This document shows, piece after piece, positions 36,141 to 44,874 of a stretch of 64,000 bases of DNA; the stretch's first letter is position 1; every line of letters starts with the position of its first letter. The position numbers were made by a program, and so were the translations under genes. This DNA is from Gammaproteobacteria bacterium (lineage in GTDB: Bacteria; Pseudomonadota; Gammaproteobacteria; SZUA-229), in NCBI GenBank assembly GCA_029287435.1, contig JARFRD010000022.1, positions 433-64,432 on the forward strand, given 5' to 3'. The notes under the pieces were generated by a model that was not told where the DNA came from, made no database searches, and saw only the letters and a list, made by a program, of their open reading frames with translations.

Positions 36141-37457
36141 TCAATTCAGTTGCACGCGTTGACCAAATGGTACTGTTGCCTGGCCCTTGACCAGCCACAG
36201 TACGGGATACATCGGTTCTGCCTGGGGAAATATGCCCCTGGCATCAGTGAAGTATACTAACAGGTCGGGGGCGCGGTCCTGGTTTTCGATCCATTCAAAC
36301 GGCGGCCTGAAGTTGGTGCCACCGCCGCCATGTATTTCAATATCCCGGGAGAATTCATCCCATGGCTCGAAATACCACGGGCAGCCGTGATTAAGCTCCG
36401 AGTCGCAGGTTAGTAATGTGATGCGTGCCCTTACATGGCCCTTGATCGCATCGATTTCGGACATGAACTCTCCGATCTCTTCCTCTGATATCGAGCCGCT
36501 GGTATCAATTACCACCAGGACGTTGGTTTCGGAACTGCGCAGGCTTGGGTAGACGGCCGGGTTACCGCGTCGTGATGATGGCCTGGAATAACTGTAATCA
36601 TCACGTGCGGTCATCGCCATATAGCGTTGTAGCAGCATGCGCCAGGGCAGCCGTGGCTGCAGCAGAAAATCAACCAGGCGTGCCATCTCGCCTTCCAGCT
36701 GGCCCCTCTGGTGAGCAGTCTGCGCGGCTGCGGCCAGGCGTTGTTGCCACTGCGTATTGAGATCTTCCAGTTGCTGTGCTGACATCGGCTGCGGTTCTGC
36801 TGCGGCACCAGCGCCGCTGCCCCCCCCGTTTTCATTCTGCTCGTTGCCTTGCCCCTGTGAATGGTCTTCCTGCTCGTTGCCTTGTCCCTGTGAGCCGTCA
36901 TCCTGCTCGCGTTCCCTGTTAGGTTCATCGTTACCAGCATCACTATGATTCTCGCTGTCGCGGTCATCGTTGTTGTCACTACCACTGTTTTGTTCGTTGT
37001 CGTCTGTATCGCTGTCATGTTCCTGGTCCTCATCTTCATCATCGAGGCAGGGATAGATTTCCTCCGCCGTCATGCCCTCGTATTCTTTCAGGTAAATGGC
37101 ACCCGGCGTCGGTTTGAGACCATCATTGATCAGCATTGGATTAACCGCATAGTCGCAGGCAAGATCCCATCGTGTCTTGATACGGTGCCCCCTGCGATAG
37201 AAATGTGATAGTGCACAATGCAGCGCTTCATGTGAAAGTGCGAATTGTGTCTGGTCGAGGTCAAGCGTGGCGATGTACTCGGCATTGTAATAAAATGTCC
37301 TGCCATCGCTGAATGTCGTCTTACACCATGACGGGTCACCCTCCGTCATTGGAAGCCGCAGCACCAGGGCGCCGAGAAACGGCTTGTCAAGTATCAGGCG
37401 TGTGCGGGCTGAAACGAGTTTGTGTTCTATATCTTGTTTGTTTTCTATATCTTGCAT
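36141..37457 (-). CDS. metallopeptidase-like (HExxH) + VWA-like domain protein (DUF2201-type), with acidic low-complexity insert
   Basis: HEALHCALSH motif in the N-domain. The C-terminal VVIDTSGSIS is a MIDAS-like DxSxS. The ~100-aa D/E/N/Q/G-rich linker contains a duplicated SQGQGNEQ. Confidence 0.75.
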   Translation of the reverse strand: MQDIENKQDIEHKLVSARTRLILDKPFLGALVLRLPMTEGDPSWCKTTFSDGRTFYYNAEYIATLDLDQTQFALSHEALHCALSHFYRRGHRIKTRWDLACDYAVNPMLINDGLKPTPGAIYLKEYEGMTAEEIYPCLDDEDEDQEHDSDTDDNEQNSGSDNNDDRDSENHSDAGNDEPNREREQDDGSQGQGNEQEDHSQGQGNEQNENGGGSGAGAAAEPQPMSAQQLEDLNTQWQQRLAAAAQTAHQRGQLEGEMARLVDFLLQPRLPWRMLLQRYMAMTARDDYSYSRPSSRRGNPAVYPSLRSSETNVLVVIDTSGSISEEEIGEFMSEIDAIKGHVRARITLLTCDSELNHGCPWYFEPWDEFSRDIEIHGGGGTNFRPPFEWIENQDRAPDLLVYFTDARGIFPQAEPMYPVLWLVKGQATVPFGQRVQLN

Positions 37458-37475
37458 TTACGCGCCACTGGATGT

Positions 37476-38522
37476 TCAAGATAACATGACATCCGCAATC
37501 TTGTCGGCCCAGTCTGCGAATTCAGGTACGGCGAAGATATCCTCGCCTACCGCTCTATGCATATCGGACACCATCATTACACCCATGTCGCGTTGCGGGA
37601 ACTTGCTGGCATAGCCGAGTATATTACCGTGGATTTTTACTGCTTCGCCATTGGCGCTGTCCTTTGCGCGAATGGCGCGGGCAACGAGGGCTGAAGCGAC
37701 AGCGTATTGCAGATCGAGCTCCGCCGGTGCCGGAACGTCTTCGCCACTGACGATGGCATCCAGGTCAGGCATCTGGTGCAGGCTCTCGACGAAGGCATTC
37801 AGTTCCACACCAGCGGCTTTGCCGACACATGCCTGCAGGGAGTTGACCAGCAAATCAGGATTGTCATCGAATTTTTGCAACGCCCGATGAGCGAACTCCC
37901 AGGAGCGTGGTGATGGAAATGCAACGGGGTTGTATGATGGATCGAAGTCGAACACGAGGTCCGGACGGAAGCGCAGGAAGCCGATGACACGTTCATCGAT
38001 GCCATTTGCATAGGCCCAGGCCACCCAGTCGTCGAGGTTCACATCGACCTCGTAATGCGAAAAGCGGTTCGCCAGTGGTGCCGGCATGGTATAGGTGACA
38101 CCCCGATCACCCTGGCGATTCCCTGCAGCGATAATTGCCCATTGATTGGGCACTTCGTATTCACCGAGCCTGCGATCCAGAATCAGTTGGTAGGCGGCAG
38201 CGGAAACACTCGGCGGTGCCGAGGTGATTTCGTCCAGGAACAGAATGCCTTTAGTCCCATGGCGTTTTACATCGGGCAGCATCGCCGGAACAGCCCAATC
38301 GACAATTTCATCTTTCAGGAAGGGGATGCCGCGCAGGTCGCTGGGCTCCATCTGTGACAGGCGGATGTCGATTAGTGGTGCCTCGTGACGTGCTGCAACT
38401 TGTGCAACCATCTGCGATTTCCCGACACCCGGAGGGCCCCATAACATGACCGGCGTGTGGTGGCCATGCTGAGTACTCTGGAATTCTTTCTCTATAACGG
38501 TGAGTAATTGTAGCGGGCGCAT
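37476..38522 (-). CDS. MoxR-type AAA+ ATPase (AAA_5-like)
   Basis: Walker A GPPGVGKS, Walker B ILFLDE, and a sensor/arginine-finger region AAGNRQGDRG. Only 18 nt upstream of the VWA gene. Confidence 0.85.
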   Translation of the reverse strand: MRPLQLLTVIEKEFQSTQHGHHTPVMLWGPPGVGKSQMVAQVAARHEAPLIDIRLSQMEPSDLRGIPFLKDEIVDWAVPAMLPDVKRHGTKGILFLDEITSAPPSVSAAAYQLILDRRLGEYEVPNQWAIIAAGNRQGDRGVTYTMPAPLANRFSHYEVDVNLDDWVAWAYANGIDERVIGFLRFRPDLVFDFDPSYNPVAFPSPRSWEFAHRALQKFDDNPDLLVNSLQACVGKAAGVELNAFVESLHQMPDLDAIVSGEDVPAPAELDLQYAVASALVARAIRAKDSANGEAVKIHGNILGYASKFPQRDMGVMMVSDMHRAVGEDIFAVPEFADWADKIADVMLS

Positions 38523-38822
38523 AGAACCTTTCCTAATTAGTGGTTTAAAGCAAACTCCAGATAATTAGTTGGAACTGTTCGATACAGTTGCTTCACTTTC
38601 CGGCCGCTCCCCATTGAGCGATTGATAACACCCGTGGTGAACCTGCTTAGCTCCTTATCCCATCATGTGAAGCGATAATTTTTTGGAGTGTATATAGTTA
38701 TTCTTATCTTGGCATCATTTTGCAGCTTAATACACCTCGGCATCGCATGGGTAACCAGCTGCGGTGGCGGGTAGCCCCGGTTTGTGGTGATGCGGGTGGA
38801 ATGCCCGGCTATACTTTCAATG

Positions 38823-39590
38823 CTAGTGGGGAGGTTTGCTCGCCCACTTTTCTGCATGCCGGTTCATCACCGCGCTGACAGCTTCGGGTACGTTCTGCAC
38901 AGCCATCTGCCTTTTGCCGTCGGCAAAGAAGCCAGGCATGTCATACGGCAGGCGCCGGCCCAGTTTCTCGAAAGTGCGCTCCATCAGCTCCGGATCCAGC
39001 GAGCGGGTCGCTGCAATGCCTGAATTAAGGTTGATGACGCGCCACGGGCGCCATGTATCACTCCTGTCCTCGTCCATTTGCAATTTCTCGGATGCTGCTT
39101 CAATGACTTCATCCATGATCTGGCATGCCTCGGCGAGATCCTGCGGTTCGCTCAGTCCGTTTACAATCATGCCGAAACCATCAGCTGCGCCTGCAAGGTT
39201 GTCGATGATCGCATCATGGCGCGCGAGCCACACTGCCAGTGACGGGAGTACACGCGAAACGTTATCCCTTTGATCCATGATCTCAAGCTTGCGCACCAGA
39301 AAATCGAGCCTGTCCAGCAGGTCGAGACCGTAAGAACCGAATTCGGTCAAATCATCTGAGTCCATATAGCACTCATCAGATTCCAGTGCAGCGGTGATCT
39401 GAAAAAAGTCGGACAGGGCGGAAGCCAGGGCGAGTGGGCCAGAATCGTCACCCATGATTTTTTGCGCTTCCGTCTCCCGGGCCAGTACTGCCTGCATGAT
39501 CTCCAGTGCCAATTGGGAAATGGCATCTATTTCAATTACGAGCTTGTTCATAGGCTGTGAAGTATATCTGAGTTGGAGCACATGAGACAT
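38823..39590 (-). CDS. hypothetical helical protein (first gene of the MoxR-VWA cluster)
   Basis: 255-aa ORF with no family recognised. Start ambiguous (ATG 39590 or 39551). No clear SD. Confidence 0.5.
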   Translation of the reverse strand: MSHVLQLRYTSQPMNKLVIEIDAISQLALEIMQAVLARETEAQKIMGDDSGPLALASALSDFFQITAALESDECYMDSDDLTEFGSYGLDLLDRLDFLVRKLEIMDQRDNVSRVLPSLAVWLARHDAIIDNLAGAADGFGMIVNGLSEPQDLAEACQIMDEVIEAASEKLQMDEDRSDTWRPWRVINLNSGIAATRSLDPELMERTFEKLGRRLPYDMPGFFADGKRQMAVQNVPEAVSAVMNRHAEKWASKPPH

Positions 39591-39733
39591 GGTGATAGAT
39601 ACGGGTATTCGAATGCTGATGTCATTCAGCTGTTTGATACTATCTTGATGGTGCCTTCACGATTTATTGATGCGTTTAGTCCTATTCTGTAGTCGTGATA
39701 GTAAGCAACTGAGACCAGAACAGGAGAATACAG

Positions 39734-39859
39734 ATGATTAGTGTAATCAAATCTAGCGCTAAAGACACAGAAGATCGTTTTGTCGGTATGGCTCTCTTTT
39801 CATTCCTCACAGCCCCACTGTTTCTACTGACAATTGCGGCTGGGATCAGTGCGCTTTAA
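39734..39859 (+). CDS. unannotated 41-aa single-pass membrane peptide, paralogue of the 3616-3738 ORF
   Basis: Translation is MISVIKSSAKDTEDRFVGMALFSFLTAPLFLLTIAAGISAL. AGGAGA lies 7 nt before the ATG. Shares the pattern ED-x2-V-x3-L-x2-FLT-x-PLF-x-L-x2-AAG with the other peptide. Confidence 0.45.
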   Translation: MISVIKSSAKDTEDRFVGMALFSFLTAPLFLLTIAAGISAL

Positions 39860-39937
39860 GACACGCAACTGGGCGACGCATCAGGTTTAACGCCTGCGCG
39901 TCGTATCACCGGGTGCCGATTCATAGCTGCAGAAAAC

Positions 39938-40014
39938 AGGGGGTCAGACCCCGGTTTGCCCCTCAGTTAAATCACACCGACCCTTGTTGAATTAAATTAC
40001 TTCGACCCCTTAAA
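39938..40014. repeat. stacked repeat fragments (C-type palindromic core plus two B-type right arms)
   Basis: AGGGGGTCAGACCCCGGTTT, then TTAAATCACACCGACCCTT, then AATTAAATTACTTCGACCCCTTAAA. Confidence 0.7.
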
Positions 40015-40087
40015 CTCTTATGCTTTCCTTGACGCTTAACCAGTCCTCTGACAGAGTCGAATACCTGTAACGAGGAATGAAGGAACC

Positions 40088-40642
40088 ATGCCAATGAAAC
40101 CTGCTGAACTGTATAAGCAACTGATTGCCAGCGCCGGTGAGGATGTTACGCGCGACGGTCTATTGAAAACCCCGCAGCGTGCTTCCAATGCCTTTGCTTT
40201 TTTGACCGGGGGATATCAGCAGTCGCTGGACGAACTGTTAAACGATGCAGTATTTGAGTCTGACAATGACGAAATGGTGATTGTTAAAGACATTGAATTC
40301 TATTCCATGTGTGAACACCACCTGTTACCTTTCGTTGGCAAGGCACATGTCGCCTACCTGCCCCGGGGCAAGGTCATCGGCCTTTCCAAGATTGCCCGGA
40401 TTACAGATATGTATGCTCGTCGCTTGCAGATACAGGAACAGATGACCAAACAAATCGCCGATGCAGTGATGCAGGCGACCAATGCCGCCGGTGTTGGGGT
40501 AGTGATAGAGGCGCAGCATTTCTGCATGATGATGCGTGGCGTGCAGAAGCAGAATTCATGGACCGTTTCCTCCATGATGCTTGGATCTTTCCGTGACAAT
40601 GATCGTACACGGCATGAATTTCTGCAATTGATCAGTAAATAG
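40088..40642 (+). CDS. folE: GTP cyclohydrolase I
   Basis: 184 aa. GLLKTPQRA...[12 protein letters not shown]...QERLT-type motifs. Confidence 0.95.
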   Translation: MPMKPAELYKQLIASAGEDVTRDGLLKTPQRASNAFAFLTGGYQQSLDELLNDAVFESDNDEMVIVKDIEFYSMCEHHLLPFVGKAHVAYLPRGKVIGLSKIARITDMYARRLQIQEQMTKQIADAVMQATNAAGVGVVIEAQHFCMMMRGVQKQNSWTVSSMMLGSFRDNDRTRHEFLQLISK

Positions 40643-40690
40643 CTATCTATATGTTCTACTGCCATTGCAAAGATATGAAAGGTTGATCCA

Positions 40691-41374
40691 ATGCTCGAAG
40701 AGTTCGCACCCTCTCTTTATATTGCCGACGGACCGGAAGTACAGTTTTATGGTTTTCCGTACCCCACTCGCATGGTGGTTGTACAGCTCTCGGATGGGAA
40801 TGTGTGGGTGTGGTCTCCGGTAGCACTGACCGACGAACTGGTCATTGCAGTAGACGCCATCGGACCGGTTCGCTATATCATTTCGCCAAACAAGATCCAT
40901 CATCTTTTCCTTTCCGAATGGGTGGAACACTGGCCTGAAGCCAGTCTCTTTGCGCCGCCCGGTCTCGCAAGCAAGAAGCCCGAACTAAACTTTGTTGCAG
41001 AACTTGGTGACGAACCTCACCCAGGTTGGGCAACAGACATCGACCAGGTGATCTTTCATGGCTCACTGGCGATGGAAGAAGTCGTTTTCTTTCATCGTGC
41101 ATCGCGAACAGCGATTATTTGCGATCTTATTCAGCGACACCCGGAATCAAAGATGACAGGCTGGAAGGGGATGTTGATGCGACTTGATAGTCTGGTTGGT
41201 GAGCGAGGCAGCACACCACGCGAGTGGCGTGCAACTTTCCTCCGGCGCGGACCAGCGCGTGCTGCACGTGAAGAGGTACTAAGCTGGAAACCCGAGCGGC
41301 TGGTTATCGCACATGGCGAGTGTGTTCAGCACGGAGCGTCACCGATTATCGCCGATGCACTGAGCTGGATCTAG
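40691..41374 (+). CDS. DUF4336-family protein
   Basis: TRMVVVQLSDGNVWVWSPV...GPVRYIISPNKIHHLF pattern recalled for DUF4336. Confidence 0.7.
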   Translation: MLEEFAPSLYIADGPEVQFYGFPYPTRMVVVQLSDGNVWVWSPVALTDELVIAVDAIGPVRYIISPNKIHHLFLSEWVEHWPEASLFAPPGLASKKPELNFVAELGDEPHPGWATDIDQVIFHGSLAMEEVVFFHRASRTAIICDLIQRHPESKMTGWKGMLMRLDSLVGERGSTPREWRATFLRRGPARAAREEVLSWKPERLVIAHGECVQHGASPIIADALSWI

Positions 41375-41392
41375 GAAGGTGGAATAGAGTGT

Positions 41393-41428
41393 GATAGTAG
41401 ACAGACCACGATTTAAAATATCGATATG
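41393..41428 (+). repeat. family-C repeat
   Basis: GATAGTAGACAGACCACGATTTAAAATATCGATATG. Confidence 0.8.
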
Positions 41429-41629
41429 CTGCAGAAGTCTGGACAAATAATGAACGATAATTGAGTATCGCTGGTCCAGCTATCGTTACCACTAAGATGC
41501 TGACCAGCCTGAGTCCTGTCTATTTGCAGGATTGATTGAAGAGTGATGAATATAATTAAACCGAAGCGCCAGCATTTGTTCTCCCGAAGCAGGTATTACT
41601 ATAGCCTGTTAATTAAATATACTGCTGTT

Positions 41630-43165
41630 ATGTCAACGAATATTTCAACATTAATCAAACGGCGTAGTTACAAAGGGCTTGTCCTCTTCGGTGTTATACT
41701 GATTGCAGGGTGCGGATCACTGCGGCCGATAGAGTTGCCGAGTGAATACAGCACGGCACCGGCGCAGACGGCGCTATGGCGGGAGGTCGGCAATATTCGT
41801 GACGACGACTGGTTTCATCTGCTCAATACCGGTGATGAAGCCATAGAATGGCGGCAGCGCCTGATCGATAGCGCCTCCCAGTCGCTCGACCTGCAGACTT
41901 TCCTGTGGAAGCATGACCGGACCGGCCTCAAGATTCTGCGTCACATATACGAAGCCGCCGACCGCGGCGTGCGGGTGCGCATTCTGCTTGATGATACCTT
42001 TACCGCCAATCTTGACGAGGCCATCTGGGAGATTGACCATCACCCGAATATCGAGTTTCGCGTCTATAATCCATTTGCCCGCCGAAGCAGCAGCATTGCG
42101 ATTCGGCAATTGCTCAATCTGGGTGATTTTAGCCGCGTCGATCATCGTATGCACAACAAGCTGATGGTGGCTGACAATAATGCCGCTATCGTTGGCGGGC
42201 GCAATCTTGCCGACGAATACTTCGGCGCGCACGATGCTGCCAACTTCCGCGATCTCGAAGTGCTCACTGCCGGTCCTGCGGTGCAGTCGCTAAGTCGGCA
42301 ATTCGACGAGTACTGGAACAGCGACTGGTCATTTCCCGTTGCGAACCTGGTCAGTAAACCACCATCGATGACTCCACAGGAATTTGAGGCAAGGATACTG
42401 GCGACAGTTGAGCAAGGCCTTGATGAAGGCAGTGCAGCGCGCGAGCAGGCATGGAAAGTGACTGCCATGGCTGGCGTGGCAGGCGAGGTGGTCGTGTTTG
42501 CCGACCATCCTGCAACAGATAACCCGGCTGATGCTGATGAACTTCCGACACAGCTGGCTGAAGAACTCATTGGCTGGATGGAAACGGCACAGGACGAGCT
42601 GATACTGGTTTCAGCCTACCTGATTCCTACAGCTGAGCTTGAGCAGGCCATCGAGCAGGCAGAGAAGCGGGGTGTGCGGGTGCGGATCCTGACAAACTCT
42701 CTGCGCTCGAATAATCACGTAGCGGCACACAGTGCCTACAGGCATCATGTCAAACGCCTGATCGGCCATGGTGCGGAAGTTCATGAAGTACGGGTTTTTG
42801 CCAAGGACCGGGGTCTTTACATGGAGCAGCCTGTCATCGACAAGCACCTCGCCCTGCATGGCAAAATGCTGCTGATCGATGACCACCTCAGCTATATCGG
42901 CAGTGCCAACCTGGATCCACGTTCGCTGCGCCTTAATACGGAAATGGGGCTACTGATCAAAAGCAGGGACTTCAACAGGCTGGTGCGTGAAGTTGTGGCA
43001 CTCGATTTTCACCAGCGCAATGCCTGGCAGCTGCAGGAGAAAGGTGATGAGGGCCTGGTCTGGGTGGCGGATGACAAAGTGCTCCACGAACAGCCGGCGG
43101 AATCAGACATGCAGCGCCTGGAAGACTGGTTTCTTAGCATATTGCCGATTGAAAGAGAGATGTAG
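41630..43165 (+). CDS. phospholipase D-family lipoprotein (two HKD motifs)
   Basis: HNKLMVADNNAAIVGGRN and HGKMLLIDDHLSYIGSAN. Lipobox LIAGC. Start moved to ATG 41630 because the track N-terminus reads through a B-like fragment. Confidence 0.85.
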   Translation: MSTNISTLIKRRSYKGLVLFGVILIAGCGSLRPIELPSEYSTAPAQTALWREVGNIRDDDWFHLLNTGDEAIEWRQRLIDSASQSLDLQTFLWKHDRTGLKILRHIYEAADRGVRVRILLDDTFTANLDEAIWEIDHHPNIEFRVYNPFARRSSSIAIRQLLNLGDFSRVDHRMHNKLMVADNNAAIVGGRNLADEYFGAHDAANFRDLEVLTAGPAVQSLSRQFDEYWNSDWSFPVANLVSKPPSMTPQEFEARILATVEQGLDEGSAAREQAWKVTAMAGVAGEVVVFADHPATDNPADADELPTQLAEELIGWMETAQDELILVSAYLIPTAELEQAIEQAEKRGVRVRILTNSLRSNNHVAAHSAYRHHVKRLIGHGAEVHEVRVFAKDRGLYMEQPVIDKHLALHGKMLLIDDHLSYIGSANLDPRSLRLNTEMGLLIKSRDFNRLVREVVALDFHQRNAWQLQEKGDEGLVWVADDKVLHEQPAESDMQRLEDWFLSILPIEREM

Positions 43166-43286
43166 GGTGGCGCGTTTTACCGGAAAATCCTGTTGTAACA
43201 ATGGATCCAGGGTTCGTTCTGTTTGCTTTCTACTGTTGTAAGTAGCGGGATCAGGTCCCGCCTGGCGGGGACAGTAGCCTGACAGA

Positions 43287-43472
43287 CTAATTGCACTGCA
43301 ACTCTTTCTCTAACTGTTCTTTCAGCTCCTCGAGTGTTTTCATCGATGAAGCTGGTTTTCCCTGATCCAATTTTAGTTCCTCACCCGCTCTGATTCTTCC
43401 TTTTTCTTCACCGTTCACAACCAGAACATGGTCGCCAGTTGTTTCATCGAGTATCCAGATACATTTACTCAT
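43287..43472 (-). CDS. hypothetical small protein
   Basis: 61-aa ORF, AT-rich. No family recognised. Confidence 0.35.
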   Translation of the reverse strand: MSKCIWILDETTGDHVLVVNGEEKGRIRAGEELKLDQGKPASSMKTLEELKEQLEKELQCN

Positions 43473-43488
43473 TATCGTTTCCTTTACG

Positions 43489-43604
43489 GGATCAAGAGGT
43501 GGATCAAGGTGTCAGAGTACTTGAATTTAATTATAGAGATCAAGGGGTCAGAGTACTTGATTTTGAGTACTTGATTTTTAGATCAAGGGATCAGAATATT
43601 TAAC
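43489..43604 (+). repeat. cluster of three family-A copies
   Basis: GGATCAAGAGGTGGATCAAGGTGTCAGAGTACTTGA, then GATCAAGGGGTCAGAGTACTTGATTTTGAGTACTTGATTTTTA, then GATCAAGGGATCAGAATATTTAAC. Confidence 0.9.
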
Positions 43605-43735
43605 GGGCCTCATGCAACCCTATAGCCAACAGTTTTTCGTGTGGCTATTGATTGAACACTGATTGAACGAAAACTTGTAAAAGTAATCAAATACCAGGTA
43701 ACACTTCAATTTATTATTAATTGAAACGTGATGTC

Positions 43736-44671
43736 ATGAAAAAAAATATTCTACTACCGGCATTACTCGGTATTTTGCTTTACTTCGTCAATGTAAGAGT
43801 ATTGATGGCGATAACCATGAATGGTTTTGATCTCGATGAGCCCCTGGTCGCAGAAGAGCTGATAAAAAGGGGTGGTCCGCCTCGTGACGGCATACCATCA
43901 ATTGATGAGCCCAGATTTATAGCGGCAGCCGAGGCTCATTTTCTGAAAGCTGATGATCGGGTGCTGGGGTTGGTTATCAAAAACGAGGCACGTGCTTACC
44001 CTTTAGCTATTCTAAACTGGCATGAAATTGTTAACGACGAGTTTACTGGTTTGACCGTCATTATCTCATTTTGTCCTCTATGTGGAACAGGGATGGCTTT
44101 TGAGCCGGAGCCGCCGGTAAGAGAATTCGGTGTTTCAGGCCTACTGTATAATAGTGACGTACTTTTATATGACAGAGAGACTGGATCGCTTTGGTCACAG
44201 ATTATGGCAAAGGCGATAAATGGTCCGCTAAAAGGACGGAGTCTGAAGCAACTTCCGCTTACCCACACCAGCTGGCAAGACTGGAAAACACAATACCCGG
44301 ACAGTCGTGTTCTGTCTACAAACACTGGTTTTAAAAGAGATTATTCAAAAAGTCCATATGGTGGTTATGAGAAGAGTAATCAGATTTTTTTCCCTGTTTC
44401 CGCCAGCGATCAACGTTTTCATAATAAGGAATGGGTGCTTGGTGTCAATATAGGCGGGATCTACAAGGCCTATCCTTTTTCTGAACTGGAGAAAACAACC
44501 CATCCTGTAAAAGAGTATGTTTCAGGCCAGCTGATAGAAGTCATTTTTGACAGGGAAAACAAGACTGCAAGAGTCCTGGATGAACAGGGCAGGGACATCA
44601 ACAGTGTAATGGCCTACTGGTTTGCGTGGTATGCCTTTCACCCCGATACCGAGGTGTTTCAGGCTCCCTGA
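43736..44671 (+). CDS. DUF3179-family protein
   Basis: Signal/anchor N-terminus. DGIPSIDEPRF and LAILNWHEIVND motifs. Confidence 0.8.
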   Translation: MKKNILLPALLGILLYFVNVRVLMAITMNGFDLDEPLVAEELIKRGGPPRDGIPSIDEPRFIAAAEAHFLKADDRVLGLVIKNEARAYPLAILNWHEIVNDEFTGLTVIISFCPLCGTGMAFEPEPPVREFGVSGLLYNSDVLLYDRETGSLWSQIMAKAINGPLKGRSLKQLPLTHTSWQDWKTQYPDSRVLSTNTGFKRDYSKSPYGGYEKSNQIFFPVSASDQRFHNKEWVLGVNIGGIYKAYPFSELEKTTHPVKEYVSGQLIEVIFDRENKTARVLDEQGRDINSVMAYWFAWYAFHPDTEVFQAP

Positions 44672-44712
44672 AAACGCGGAAAGTAAAAAACGGAGACGGG
44701 GGGATTAAATTT

Positions 44713-44749
44713 AATAGTCATAGAGGACAGGCAACGTTTTGCGATATTG
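44713..44749 (+). repeat. family-C repeat (degenerate)
   Basis: AATAGTCATAGAGGACAGGCAACGTTTTGCGATATTG, compared with AATAATAGGGGACAGACCACGTTTTACGATATCG at 63962. Confidence 0.6.
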
Positions 44750-44874
44750 TTATGCAGCAGAAGGCTGGGTAAATGAAGCAAGATAATCATGGTGTGTCCA
44801 CTATTGTTGCCTATTGTTTGTTCTCTACTGTTATCCTATTGTTATTGTTTATTCGCGCTAGAGGAAACTGAAGA

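Noticed and set aside
36545-37208. Several ORFs on both strands across the acidic linker of the VWA gene
   Set aside because: These are low-complexity GA/GC-rich codon repeats that are open in multiple frames, nested in a gene with clear flanking domains.
38523-38822. 300-bp gap inside the MoxR cluster as a possible ncRNA or small gene
   Set aside because: The only ORF (38663-38857, minus) overlaps the upstream gene end and has no SD or recognisable features. I see some GC-rich pairing potential (GGGTAACCAGCTGCGGTGGCGGGTAGCCCCGG) but nothing I can support. It may simply hold an internal promoter.
41543-41629. 29-codon N-terminal extension of the PLD gene
   Set aside because: The extension reads through a family-B-like fragment (GAGTGATGAATATAATTAAACC). 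The lipoprotein signal begins at Met30.
43489-43604. Possible CRISPR array (repeated 23-nt unit)
   Set aside because: There are only three copies with irregular spacing and partly overlapping head/tail duplications. There are no unique spacers and no cas genes. The same unit is dispersed singly across the window.
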